Source of the DNA: the human T2T-CHM13v2.0 reference genome, Homo sapiens
NCBI RefSeq assembly: GCF_009914755.1
Contig: NC_060927.1
DNA: 64,000 bases
Strand: one strand, 5' to 3'
In this document: positions 1 through 12,932 of the stretch, in pieces
Position numbering within the stretch: the first letter of the stretch is position 1
Layout: every line of letters begins with the position of its first letter
Position numbers and translations under genes: made by a program
Notes under the pieces: generated by a model
What the model saw: the letters and a program-made list of their open reading frames with translations, nothing else
Told to the model about the DNA's origin: nothing
Database searches by the model: none

Positions 1-199
1 TGTTTCATTGCTTGTTTACAGCTTGTGGAGTCGAACATTTCTTATAGGAGAAAAGGTTAATTATGTTAGAAAAGGGCTATTTACCTAAGGTACAAATCAA
101 AGGGAAAAAATCTTTTTCTCTATAGCCATGGTTAGTACACTCAGGGCCCTCTGATTTATACACTGCAGCTCCATCTGTCTTTGCATGTGTTGTTCATTC

Positions 200-573
200 C
201 TCTTCATGCAGCAGCGCTTCCTGCCTTTCCTCTACTTCACTTTGATAACTTCTACCTGACCTTTGAGAAATGTCCTTAAGTGTCCCTGCCTTAGAGCAGT
301 CCTTCCTGATTCTTCAACATTGAATTAGCTTCTCCCTGAAGCAAGGGTTCTCCACAATATTCTCTGTAATAAGATAATAGAATAATATAATTCCCTGTCA
401 TATTTTTTGCAACACTATTTGATGTCTATTATTTGTCTCCACCAATACACTGGTGGGATGTCTTAAATATGCTTAGTTTAACCAACTCTTATCTTCCAGA
501 GCCCATTGCAGACTCTTAGGACCCAGTAGCTATATGATTAATAAATATTTGGTGAATTAAAAGATGGATGAAT
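200..573 (+). mobile_element. L2 LINE 3' fragment (degraded)
   Basis: Ends in an L2-type tail (cagtagctat...aataaatatttggtgaattaaaagatggatgaat). Confidence 0.55.
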
Positions 574-744
574 CATCAGTAGATTCATGGCCTTCTGAGA
601 AGATTCACAATATCTAGTCTAACCAGTCTGTCAAAGATTACAATAGCTTGAAGGTAAATTATTCAGCAGGATTACCCCAACCCCAGTTTACTGTAGGTAG
701 ATTAGTTATCTATTTGCATAAAGGGTTGGTTATCTATTTGCAAA

Positions 745-1103
745 TGGGACTGCTGTCATCTGAAGGCTTGACTGTGGCTGGAAAATACATTTGCAAGGTG
801 GCTCACTCATGTGCTCACAAGCAGGTTCTGATAAGTTGATTCTTTTCTATTTAGGCCTCTTCCTGGGGCTTCTTGAATATCCTTACCACATGACAGCTGG
901 CTTCCCACTGAGAAAGCAATCCAAGGTGGATTCCAAGGTAAAAACTGCAATGCTTTTTATAACTTAGTCTTGGAAGTCCTACACTTTTGCCATACTCTAT
1001 TGGGTAGATAGGTGAGCTGTGATTCAGTGTGAGAGGGACAGCACAAAAGAGAGGATACAAGGAAGTGAGGATCAATGGAGCCATCTTGGAGGCCTATGAT
1101 CAC
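745..1103 (-). mobile_element. MaLR LTR, MLT1F/G/H-like
   Basis: The reverse complement begins tgtgatcataggcctccaagatggctccattgatcc, like the MLT1 5' end; internal 'gtcatctgaaggcttgactg' motif. Confidence 0.75.
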
Positions 1104-1347
1104 ACTGGGCTGTGTAAATTCTCCCCTTATTCTTTGAGAAAGGATTCAGAGTCTTTTTCATTTGGCCATACCCCAGAGGGGTATTGGGGAACATTTTGAA
1201 GATGAGTTTAAACCCAGGGGAACTACACATGAGCTACACAATAGTTGTTGACAGGCAAAGAGTCTTTGACTTATCTTCAACCTTTCACCTATGGTCCCCC
1301 ATGCCCTTTGGCAACATAAATAAATTTCCACAATATCCCCCTTCAGT

Positions 1348-1482
1348 GGGTGTTATTTTCCTTATTATAGATGATAAGTTAGGGTCAAAACACAGTCAGG
1401 GGAATTGCCCAAGGGTATACCATATATCACTGTCAGAAGAGGGATTACAACTCAAGGTATCTGAATTCCAAGCTTATGTTTA
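1348..1482 (-). mobile_element. MIR SINE fragment
   Basis: Antisense MIR core (attatagatgataag...gaattgcccaagg...ggattacaactcaagg). Confidence 0.65.
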
Positions 1483-1590
1483 GACGGGACCACCTCCGGT
1501 GCCTAATGAGTTGTGGCATGCACTCACTTCTCTGAATTTCCCTTTAATTCTACCTAACCCCTGCTGAATTCATCTCCTTACCACCCCAGC

Positions 1591-1626
1591 GCACACACAC
1601 ACATACACACACACACACACACACAC
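1591..1626. repeat. (CA)n microsatellite
   Basis: Directly visible. Confidence 0.95.
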
Positions 1627-2949
1627 CCCTCACCATTTTCCCATACCTTCAGAAAACCCAAGTAGCCCCTTCATGACAGTCTCTCTCTTGTGCCAATAGG
1701 GGGCCCCCAGGGGGTATTTTTAGAGTAAGAAGGGAGGCTCCCACCTTCAAAATGAGAAAGCTGTAATTTTCATATTGTATCTCTTTGCCAATTGTAAATC
1801 AGTCATTTTAAGGATGTTTCCCATTCTTGTTTCCCTTCAGGCAGCTCTTATTCCTCTCCGGAAAAAGAAAAGATTTGCTTTATAGCTAACTGCAGGACTG
1901 AAATGACATATAAAATAGCAACAGCAGGGAACAAATGTGTCCCTAAAGTGGCAATATGGTGCCTTTTTGTGTGTTTTAAGGCTTTGCAGTGAGAGGCAAT
2001 TTTTCTTTTCTGGCTTTCTATTTGAATAGTTGTTGAAAATTTAGAAAACAATATTAGGTGTGTTCACTAATGCGGCCTGACCCGAGTTGTTCTGTACTAT
2101 CAGTGGTAGATATATATAAAAATACATCTTTAATACATTTCAGTACTACTCTGGCCAACTGCTCTGATGGTATTTGTGGGGCAAATCTATCAAGCTAATA
2201 ACAAAGATTGTTCCATTATTAGAGGTGGGTATTTTTGTTTATTATATAATTCTTTTCCCACCAAAATCATTGGTGTTCTATATCATTAATTGGAAACCAT
2301 AGAGTAAAAACCAATTTTATTCCCTCCTTTATCTTTTCTTTTCCTTCCTTTCAATGTAAGAAATAGCCATTCTGACTGTCAAGCCTATTTTCTTTTATTT
2401 TTGTCAAATAGGACAATTCAAACATTTCTTTTGAAACAAAGAACCCGAAAGCCAAAGTAATGTCTATATTTCTCCAAACTCCCTACAGTATCAATAAATC
2501 CAAAGAGCTGACAGCATGGGCAAAGTTCTACACTGACAGAAAAAGCAAATTGGATCAACAGTGTTGTTCATTATCCTCCATATTAGAAAACAATGCTGCT
2601 GGAGAGAAGGAGGTTATTTCCTGGAGGGAAGACCCCTGTGTGACCTGCCTTTCTCACCACACTGCCTGTATGCTGCCTCCCTCACAGGCGAGACTTGCAA
2701 GCCCAATTTTAAACAAGGGAAGGAATGCCTGCTTGTTATTTTTTCCTTCTGCACCCCTTCACCCCAACCTCACTTCACATTGCTAAACCAGGTCTTATCC
2801 CAGCCCCTTTAACGTTCAACACATATAATATTATGGGATGACTTAATCTCCAAAGGACACTGTTCTGCAGTAGTAGTTGGAAGAAGATGGCCACACATTC
2901 AGATGCGTCCTCATCCACACACGATGTAAAAGAATTTCTCACAAAGCCC

Positions 2950-3090
2950 AGCAGAGTGGTACAGTGGTGAGGGCAACTGCCTTGATTCTCATTCTTCATC
3001 TGCCTCTGACAACCTCAGCAAACTTGGACTTCTCTACTTAGTCTTCTCATCTGGAAGATGATCTGCTGACTCCATTCTATTTCTAAATGC
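2950..3090 (+). mobile_element. MIR/MIR3 fragment
   Basis: Degraded core (ctcagcaaacttggacttctct...tctcatctggaagatg). Confidence 0.45.
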
Positions 3091-3444
3091 TTTTCTGACT
3101 TGAGGATTCCAGGTCCAAGGGTAACATTTCCAGACTGTGGGCCTGAGGAGTGGAGTTTTTTTGGGATTGTCAATAGCCCAGGTGCACAGTGAGAGTGGGA
3201 TTAGAGAAGAAGCAAAAGTAAGCTTACGACTGGCCTGTGTTGTGGCCTAAGGGAACTATTAATCATGTGCTTTCCTCTCCAGATTCAAAACCATATGAGA
3301 GAGAGATGCAGGAGCCAGGGCTCAAAAGGTCAACCTAATTATTGGCAACCTTGAACCGGAAACCTGGCATGGGACTAGACTCAAATGGGCTTCCAACTCT
3401 TTCCCTCCCTGATTGCATCCCTTGTTCCAAGTTAATAATTTTTT

Positions 3445-3660
3445 TTTATGTTTAGCACTTAATACGTGTTCTAAGTCCTTGACATGGAATAAAAACTCAC
3501 TTAAATTTTACACTAATCTGTTGGGATAGATACTATTATATCCTTATTTTATAGATGAAAACACTGGGGCACAGACAGGTTGAGTGAGGTGCCCAAGGCT
3601 GTAGAGCTCGTATGTGACAGAATAGCATTGATAAACTGGCATCCTGCACGGGCTATCACT
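3445..3660 (-). mobile_element. MIR SINE
   Basis: actattatatccttattttatagatgaaaacactggggcacagacaggttgagtgaggtgcccaaggc. Confidence 0.8.
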
Positions 3661-4037
3661 ACACTACTCTCAAGTTGGCAAAGCACCTGGCAGAGGGGAA
3701 ACTCCTCCTGCAGAGCTGATCCAGGGGAGCTGGGCAGAGTGGTGACTGTGTGAGGGTCTGCAGGGGCCTTGATGGGCCTTCTCCTTATCCCACCAATGAG
3801 ATAAAAGTCACTCCTTGGAGGAATGAGTGAGCAGCGGCAGTGTTCTTCCAAAAGGACAGATGTTTTTATTATGTGAGCCAAGGCAGGAACACAGGGAAAG
3901 AGGGAGAAAATACCCTTTAAGGGCAGCTCATTTCTTCAGAATGCTAAGAAATGCCACTGCCATGATCTCCATTAGAGCCCAAGAGATAAGGGTCTGATTG
4001 CATTTTGGAGAAGTCCAGCCCCAGAATGGGGTGAAGC

Positions 4038-4212
4038 GGGACGGGCTATATTATTTGCAGGGTCCAGTACAAAAGAAAATGCAGCGCTCCTTGTTCAAAA
4101 TTATCAATAATTTCAAGATGGTGATAACAGAGCATGAACCCAAGCACAGGGCCCAGTCTAAGCATGGAGTCCTGTGTGGCTGCACCGTCGCATGCCCATG
4201 GAGCCAGGCCTG
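4038..4212 (-). mobile_element. MER45A hAT-Tip100 MITE
   Basis: The reverse complement matches MER45A (CAGGcCtGGCTcCATGGGCATGCGAC...CTTGAAATTaTTgATAATTTTGAACAAGG...GCAAATaATaTAGCCc). Confidence 0.85.
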
Positions 4213-4321
4213 TGATAAGTCCAGATCTCAGATCTAGGACATGCTGAAGGTGATTTCTCATCGAGCCAAAGACAGAAAGATCATTATACCACTTTGATTG
4301 ATGTGAAGCTGTAGGATGGAT

Positions 4322-4490
4322 TACAGCTGCACATTAGAAGCACCTGGGGAGCTTTTAAAACCTTCTGATGCCATGTGGACTTTACCTTACACCAACTGAA
4401 TCAGCATCTCTGGGGGCAGAGTCCAGGTAATTGGTGTGTTATAAAAGCTTCCCAGGTGGTTCCAATTTATTTTCTAATTAGCTCAAGGGT
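4322..4490. mobile_element. MER5 hAT-Charlie MITE
   Basis: gctgcacattagaagcacctggggagctttt...ctgaatcagcatctctggg...aagcttcccaggtg. Confidence 0.8.
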
Positions 4491-4959
4491 CCTCAGGAGA
4501 CATCTTGGTTGTGGTTCTAGAATTCTCCTTTTGAAGATCTTCAAGTCTGAAACGCTATATGGGCAGCACTATATCTGAGACCGACAGGTAATGCGAACTA
4601 GTAAAGGGTGCTAAGAATTAGGAAGACAGACTCTCAGCAGCAGATCGTCAAGAGACAGAAGGGAGCAAGAGAGAATATTGCAAATGCGAAAGCCCAGAGA
4701 ACATCTGAAAGGAGTGACAGCTCCTCAGTCCTTGACCCATTGTTGCCTGAGGAAGGTGTCCCTGGGTGGCCAGAGCATGTTATCCATCAAGAGAAGTTGG
4801 ACATCTAGATTGTTAAATTGTATCTCAATTTTTCCATGTGCTGACAAATAAAAAACAGAATAAGAACAAAAACTATGGAGTGGCTCTATTCTGGCCCTGT
4901 AAAATAGCAGAGGGGGTGCACAGACTGCCAGTTAGCAGCTGAATTAAACATTCGTGGAA

Positions 4960-5128
4960 TCAGAGACTCATAGGCATTAGAACTAGCAAACACCTTCGTT
5001 ATATGGATGAGGAAACTGAAGTTCAGACAATGGGAAGGTCCCCAATCAGATATACTGTGAGCTTTCGGCAAGGCTAGGTGTAGAACATGGGGCTTCTTAT
5101 CTGACTCCTATATACTTTCCATTGCAGT
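4960..5128 (-). mobile_element. MIR fragment
   Basis: gatgaggaaactgaagttcagac core. Confidence 0.65.
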
Positions 5129-5284
5129 GTATCTTATTTGGAGAAGAAATGCAAACAGATGCAAAATTCAATGATTTCTCACAGAGTATTTGAGAAAGAG
5201 TTAGCTAGAACTTCATCTCACATTAAATTCATTGTCCTTCTAGTGGTTTAAATGACTAGCCATGGTTTGAATTAATGCAGATCT

Positions 5285-5397
5285 CCTATTTTTGCTCTTT
5301 TTTCATGGCTACATCCCTAGTACCTAGAATGCGTGCCTGGCTCATGGCAGATGCTTGATAAATATTTGTTGAATGAATGATTGCATAAATGAGTGAA
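5285..5397 (+). mobile_element. L2 3' end
   Basis: cctagtacctagaatgcgtgcctggctcatggcagatgcttgataaatatttgttgaatgaatga. Confidence 0.8.
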
Positions 5398-5422
5398 TAT
5401 CACAGAGATGCAGCCTTCCTAT

Positions 5423-5423
<1 letters not shown>

Positions 5424-5464
<41 letters not shown>

Positions 5465-5742
5465 AGACAGAGCCTCGCTCTGCCGCCCAGGCTGGAGTGC
5501 TGTGGCGCAATCTCTGCTCACAAGTTCCGCCTCCTGGGTTCACGCCATTCTCCTGCCTCAGCCTCCGGAGTAGCTGGGACCACAGGCGCCCGCCACCACG
5601 CCCGGCTAATTTTTTTGTATTTTTAGTAGAGACAGGGTTTCACCGTGTTAGCCAGGATGGTCTCCATCTCCTGACCTTGTGATTCGCCGGCTTCGGCCTC
5701 CCAAAGGGCTGGGATTACAGGCGTGAGCCACCACACCTGGCC
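5424..5742 (-). mobile_element. AluY (full length, T40 tail on + strand)
   Basis: AluY diagnostics cacgccattctcc and accgtgttagccaggatggtctc; no TSD visible. Confidence 0.95.
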
Positions 5743-5924
5743 GGTATTTGAGTTTTTTTTAAACCAACGCATTTTTAAATTATCATACCTACACTATTAA
5801 ATCACATTTTAAGCTGTTTGGTTGAATTTACTAATAAAATAAATTAAAGCTATATTTCCTAAAAAGAAAGGAATCATTCATTGCAGAAGGGACAATATTG
5901 CTGTAATTTAAAATTAGTCAATAA

Positions 5925-6267
<343 letters not shown>

Positions 6268-6619
6268 TCCCTGAAAGATTTTATAATGCCAGGCAACATG
6301 GTAACAGATAGGCTACCTGGCTGAGACTGGGCATCCTGAACTTTTAATCATGTCTCTGACCCCCATGACAGGGTAGCAGCTGGAAACCGTAAAAAATGTG
6401 GTACCGTGTCTTGTAGTCTTGCCTCAGTGCTCACTTGCCTTACATGCTTGGAGCTTTTAAATGGATGTGCACAGTATAGATTAGGTCTCATAGTTAATTT
6501 GGATCAAGTGATTGAGGACACAGGTTTTCCTAAGATCTTATTTATAGGCCCAGGTAGGAGAAATACACTTTTGCAAGGCAATTGACAGTTTTGTGAAACA
6601 TTTTCCACAAAAGATGAGC

Positions 6620-6745
6620 TCTGCCAGGGAGGAGAGTGCTGCATGTATCACTATTCCAGTTTTTTCAGATCGAAAATTCTCAATTGACTGAGGTTACAAG
6701 GCTGAAAAGTGGTGTAGTCGAGATTTCTGGAGTCCATACTGTGGC
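6620..6745 (-). mobile_element. MIR fragment
   Basis: attccagttttttcagat...ttgactgaggttacaaggctgaaaagtggtgtagtcgagatt. Confidence 0.5.
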
Positions 6746-7589
6746 TTTGGGAATTTCTCTAAACATCAGATTGTTTATGAAGAAGGAATCTGTATGCATC
6801 TGGAATCCTTGCAGGCTTGTGGATCCATGGAAAAAATTATCAAAGCATGGCAAGACCAGCTGGCATGGATTTTCAGAGACATGGAGTCGGCAGCATATGC
6901 CAGGGATGGTCTGTGTTTAGAGGAAGGGGCTTGCCTGCTGAGAACTTTCTCCCCGCTGTGGCTCTTTGATTCTCTAAAATGATTGTGATAACAACAGCAG
7001 GGAAATGTGATAGTCAAGGAAGCTGGTTTGAATGCGATCTTGTGGAATGAAGTGGGTGTTAGGGAAATCCAGGCTCATTCACTTCAGTCAGGCACAAAAG
7101 GAATTTGTGAAAGAGGAATATTAAAAGAAACAATTTAAAAATAACAAACTTTTACTGTCTCCCCTTGACTTACTCTGGTCTGGTAGCTACCAGGCTTCTT
7201 TGGACTTTTTTTTTTTTTTTTAGCTGAGAAACAGTCAAATATTGACTTATAAAAATACCAATTTCAGTTTCCCTCTAATATTTTTAGCATATTATGAATT
7301 TCATTATAGAGATATTAAAGATTTTTTTGATCCACTCTCTGGGGATAAGGGATTTACATCTTCAAGAGCCAATAATTAATTAAGGGAAAAAGAAGCAATG
7401 GGTAGGTGGGGCTGAGGGTTCAGCAACCTTTTCCCCATTGGTAAGAGCCTGGGAAAGGAAGCCCTTTTCATATTAATTTAAAACTTAACTCTGTTGCATT
7501 CCTCTACCTGAGCAAATAAACACATTGACTGGAGGTGGGGGAGCTCTGCTTTCTACTGGGATAGCCTGACAGCCTCAGCAGTATTTATG

Positions 7590-7826
7590 GTAACAATAAT
7601 GACATGTGTGTGGAGCACATACAGCGTGCCAGGCACTCTACTAAGAATGTTACGTACATGATCACATTTGTTCTTTTAGAAAACTGCGTAAAGTGGTTAT
7701 TATCCCCTTTTTACAGACAAAACAGATCCAGAGAAGTTTAGTAACTTGCCCAGGTTCACACAGCTCACAAGTAGAAGGATGAAGTCTATCTATATCCAGA
7801 GGCTGGTTCTTCACCCTCACTATGCA
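7590..7826 (-). mobile_element. MIR (MIRb-like), near full length
   Basis: gtgccaggcactctactaag...attatcccctttttacagac...gtaacttgcccaggttcacacagct. Confidence 0.85.
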
Positions 7827-8344
7827 GACTTTCAAAGGCAGCATTCACTCAATAAACACTGAAGGAGCCCCTCTGTGCCTCTGTGGACCAGACACGCAGG
7901 CAGACAGGTTTTTTGTTTGTTTTTGTTTTTTACCCAAACCAGTAGGGTTGTAGACTAGACTTGTAGAGAGCTGGAGAATATGAGAGAAATTCAGAGGCTT
8001 GAAGTTTCCTGAAATAACCTTGAGACTGATGCTTCTTGTGGGAAGAGAACTTTTATCCACCACTCTCGCCATCAGAGAATGTTGGCGGGGTCAGATAGAA
8101 GGGGCCCATGTGTGAATCATTAAGACCACAGGCATAAGACCAGAGGCTTTTTCCAGAGTTGGATGTGGATTGGGAAATTAGCAGGGCCTCTTACTAATTG
8201 AGCTATTTAATCCTCAGGGAAGTTCAATGTCATTGTCATTTTTGGACTTATGAGTGTCATAAGGCTGGTTGCCTTTTGATGATAATGATAATGAGTAAAC
8301 ATTAGATTCACATTCCATTACTGAATCTCTGGTATTCTTACTAA

Positions 8345-8525
8345 CAACCAGCATTTATTGGGTATCCGCTATTTTCTAGATTTTTTTAGTTATATGTCAC
8401 TATGCTCCTGCCTAGAGAGAGGTGTCATTATCCCTTTTTTAAGTTGGAAATAAAAATCACAGAGGTTTAGAAAAATTAAGTGGTTTCAACCTATGTCTGG
8501 CTCTCAGGTCTATGCTATGTGCCCT
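8345..8525 (-). mobile_element. MIR fragment
   Basis: agcatttattgggtatccgctat...gtgtcattatccctttttt. Confidence 0.55.
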
Positions 8526-8619
8526 ACTAAGACTCCGCTAAGGACCAGAGGGAGTAGAAACAAGAAAGGATAACGCATAGCTTACTCTCAAGGTGTTAGC
8601 AAAAGTATCAGGGAAAAGA

Positions 8620-8795
8620 GGTGTAGCTGAGTACTGAAGGACTGGCTTTTGAGCGTGACTTATTAAATGGTGAGTTCAGGCAAGTTGTTTAGCTTCCCCA
8701 AGTCTCAGTTTCCTTAACTGTAAAATGGACATAATAAAATGACCTACCTGCTAGGGCAGTGGTGATTATTGGATAAGAAATATCTTCAAGGACTA
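8620..8795 (+). mobile_element. MIR SINE
   Basis: caggcaagttgtttagcttccccaagtctcagtttccttaactgtaaaatggacataataa. Confidence 0.8.
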
Positions 8796-8817
8796 TATTG
8801 CATAAGAATAAAGTCCA

Positions 8818-9055
8818 GGCTGGGTGCGGTGATTCACGCCTGGAATCTCAACACTTTGGGAGGCCGAGGCGGGCGGATCACGAGGTCAGGAGATTGAGAC
8901 CAGCCTGGCCAACATGGAGGCTGAGGCAGGAGAATTGCTTGAACCCAGGAGACGGAGGTTGCAGTGAGCCAAGACCGCACCACTGCACTCCAGCCAGGGT
9001 GACAGAGCGAGATTCTGTCTCAAAAGCAAAAAAAAGAAAAAAGAAAAGAAAAAAA
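8818..9055 (+). mobile_element. AluS (Sg/Sc-like) with ~75 bp internal deletion
   Basis: Left arm joins right arm at ccaacatgg|aggctgagg (~8917); TSD aagaataaagtcca / aagaataaaggtca. Confidence 0.92.
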
Positions 9056-9074
9056 AAGAATAAAGGTCAAAACT

Positions 9075-9528
9075 TCACTAGGCTGTGATTTAGCTCCTGC
9101 CCACATCTCTACTCACCTTAATACTCTGCAGACTCCAGCCACACTAGCCCTTTGGTTCTTTGAATAAACCCCTGATCCTTCTTGCTTAGGGTCTTTGCAT
9201 ACCAGATTTCATCTGCCTGTAACACTCTTCTTCTTTCTCATCAAATATTGCTTTTTCAGGAAAGTCCTCCTTTCCTGATATCCAAGTTAGATAAATCCCC
9301 TTTCTAAGCTCTATTATCTCTCTATGCTTTTTACTCACAGCCCTTATAATGGTCTTTATACATTTGTAAGATGATTTAATTAACATCATTTCCCAGCTAG
9401 ATTGTACATTTATAATAGCTGGGCTTCTGTCGGTTTTTCTTATGACTGTATCCTGAACATGTAACACAGTGCTTGGTACATAGCAGTGTTAGATATTTAT
9501 TAGTTGAATGAATGAATGAATGAATGAA
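9075..9528 (+). mobile_element. L2 (L2a-like) 3' end with (TGAA)n tail
   Basis: ctccagccacactagccc...cagtgcttggtacatagcagtgttagatatttattagttgaatgaatgaatgaa. Confidence 0.85.
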
Positions 9529-9655
9529 AACACTCCTTGTGCCTGGCACCTAGAAAGCCTTCAATAAATATGAGGTAGTGTTACTTCTATTCTATAAAAT
9601 ACCAAGAACCAATTCAAGAGTTATATAATAACACCAGTTGGCAGTACATGAGATA

Positions 9656-9894
9656 CAGGTTGAGTATCTCTTATCCAAAATGCTTGGGACCAAAAGAGTT
9701 TTGGATTTTAGATTTTGGGGAGGATTTTGGAATATTTGCATTATATTTACCAGTTGAGTATCCCTAATCCAAAACTCTGAAACCCGAAATGCTCCAATGA
9801 GCATTTTTTTTTGAGCTTCATGTCAGTGCTTTAAAAGCTTTGAATTTTGGAATATTTCAAATTTTGGATTTTTGGATTAAGGATACTCAAATTG
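9656..9894. mobile_element. Tigger4a/MER46A Tc1-mariner MITE
   Basis: TIRs caggttgagtatc...gatactcaaattg flanked by TA on both sides. Confidence 0.9.
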
Positions 9895-9908
9895 TAGCAT
9901 AAAGGCAG

Positions 9909-10200
9909 TGTATCAGTTACTTATTGCCATCATAATGGTGGGTAACAAGCAATTACAAAACTTAGTGGCTCAAAACCATACACATTGATTTTAAATCTGC
10001 AGGCCAGCTAAGTGGTCTTCTGGTCTCACCGCACACACTCATTGGCTAGTGCTTTGTTGATCTGGGTTGAGCTCTTCCCATGCAGGGGAGTCAATTGTCA
10101 GGGATTGCCTAGGGTGAGACAATAGGGGCAATTCATTTCTGCTCCATGTGTTCACCCTCCAGCTTTCTGGGCTGGATAAATTCATGGCAAAGCCAAACTG
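9909..10200 (-). mobile_element. MaLR LTR fragment (MLT1 family)
   Basis: tgtatcagttacttattgc...aaaacttagtggctcaaaac is the antisense MLT1 3' end. Confidence 0.7.
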
Positions 10201-11160
10201 TCCTGTGCTCCTTCTCTGGAACACATTGCATTGACTTTAGGGAAAGGGTGGTGTAAGGGAGGAAGAGCAAATTAGAAGAGAAACAGTGGTTTCTTCGCTT
10301 AATTTTGTGTATAGGTCTGTTTTCCAGCTGCCACTAATTGCAAGGTACTAATAATCAATGAAAGAATAAATCAAAGTTGACTTCTCATATCCTAGAAAAG
10401 GGAAGGTTTATTCTTTAATTTTCCTGGTAGCATCTTCCTTATGAGCAGCAACCCATTTTGAATTAACTGGAGGCCACTGAGCTTAAGAGCAGAAACAGTT
10501 CGTTTCAAACTTCTGACCCAGTGTGAGACATGATGAATACATGGGTTTTAATGAAAATGCTGAAGGTCAAATCCTCAGGCCTGTGTCAATGGGCAGTGGC
10601 CTCTTGAAGTCTACACTCCAGTTCAGCTATTGCATTGCCCTTGACAGAGCATAAGCTCTTCACATTGAGGCCTCCTCTTTCTTTCTCTCTATTTTCTTCC
10701 TTTTCCTTCCTTTCTTCCTCCCTGTTTCTCTTTCCTCCATGGAATAACCATTCTTCAGATAATAGTTAAGAAGTTTCTGTTCTATGTATTGCTTAGAATG
10801 TGGGTATTATAAGCCCCTCTCCTTTCTGCACAAATAGCGATGTTCCCACAACATTATATAATGAATTTCTGTTCTCTGGGAATATTACTCCATAGTTTTG
10901 AATTTATTCCACTAAGGCAAGGTGGAAAATTATCAATCTTTATTATAAATTAATTACCCAAAACTGGTTAGTATAAGTGCTAAATAGAATAATCTGTTGT
11001 ATTTGTTTTCAAAACTCTATTTCCATATGTAAATGTTTAAGAGATTCTTACTTCCAAAAGTTATGACAAAATTTATAAAATATCGGATACCAAAAACTCT
11101 GATTTTACAACTGAGAAAATTGAAATTTCAAAAGAGAGCAGGTAATTAAAAATGAAAAAA

Positions 11161-11472
11161 GGCTGGGCATGGTGGCTGACGCCTGTAATCTCAATGCTTT
11201 GGGAGGCCGAGGCAGGTGGATCACCTGAGGTCAAGAGTTTGAGAACAGCCTGGCCAACCTGGTAAAACCTCATCTCTACTAAAAGTACAAAAATTAGCCA
11301 GGTGTGGTGGTGGGCACCTGTAATCCTAGCTACTAGGGAGGCTGAGGCAGGAGAATCATTTGAACCAAGGAGGTGGAGGTTGTGGTGAGCCAAGATTGTG
11401 CCACTGCACTCTATCATGGGCAACAGAGTGAGACTCAAAAAAACAAAAAACAAACAAAAAAAAGAAAACAAA
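11161..11472 (+). mobile_element. AluS (Sx-like)
   Basis: Full dimer with A-rich linker and tail. Confidence 0.95.
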
Positions 11473-11861
11473 GACATATAATTTACAAGTATGTTTTAAT
11501 TTTATAACAGGGAGCCAGGCTCAGCTCATACTTTTGTATTTTTGACATCTCTAACTGGGATCAGTCAGTTTCAAGGACAGTAATTATGAAGGTAATCAGA
11601 GTCTTTTTTTTTTTTTTTTTTGAACTCAACTTAGGTAATGGCTGGTGATAGCTGGGGCAGGTAACCTCTTAACCACCCAGGTAATTTCTTTTTACCACAT
11701 CAAGCTCTGACTACTTCACTGAACGCTGATGTTTTTAATTCTTGGAGAAGCAAGCAGGCAGAGAAGCCCATATTTTGTCACAGAAATATTAATATCTGAA
11801 TTGACAAATTTTAATGGAAGACTGTATTTTAGACCCAGTAGAAAAATATCTAGTTGCTACA

Positions 11862-12360
11862 TGTGATGGTTAACTTTATGTATCAACACGATTGGTCCAT
11901 GGGGTGCCCAGACATTTGGTGAAACTTTATCCTGGGTGTGTCTGTGAGGGTGTTTCTGGATGATATTAACATTGAATCAGTAGACTGAGTAGAGCAGGTT
12001 TCTCTCCTTAATGTGGGGCAGTTCCATCCAATCAGTTGAACCTGATTAGAACAAAACATCTGATCCTCCTGTGAGTAGGAAGGAATTCCTCCTTCCTGAC
12101 TGCATTTTAGCTAGAATATCTGTTCTTTCCTGCTTTTGAATTTGAACTGAAACATCAACAATTCCTGGGTCTCAAGTATACCTACTTTTGGCCCAGAACT
12201 ACACCATCGGCTCTACTGGGTCTTCAGCTTGCCAGCTGCAGATATTGGGCTTGTCAGCTTCCAATATTATATGAACCAATTCCTTACAATAAATCTCTTC
12301 ATACACACACGCACACACATACTCCCTATTTGTTCTATTTCTCTAGAGAACACTGATACA
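11862..12360 (+). mobile_element. MLT2B-like solo LTR (ERVL)
   Basis: TG...CA ends; tgtgatggttaactttatgtatcaac start; AATAAA; 5-bp TSD ctaca/ctata. Confidence 0.9.
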
Positions 12361-12632
12361 CTATAGAAAATGCTAATATAAGTGTACCTATTTAAGTTTG
12401 CAACAAATCTCTTTTGAACTACTTAAACTGTGAACATCATTCCTAAATCAGGCTTTGCTAACTTTCTAAAATTGTAGGGTGCCATTACCCAGAAAGTAGT
12501 TAAATTATACTTCTTGATTGAGGCTTTAGGGATGGTGAATCTACTAACTATGGATTTATTTTTCTATTCAAAGTAATGTTTCCTACAAAGTAAAGTTTGC
12601 ATTCATTTTTTAACTTACAAAAATGTAGCTAC

Positions 12633-12932
<300 letters not shown>

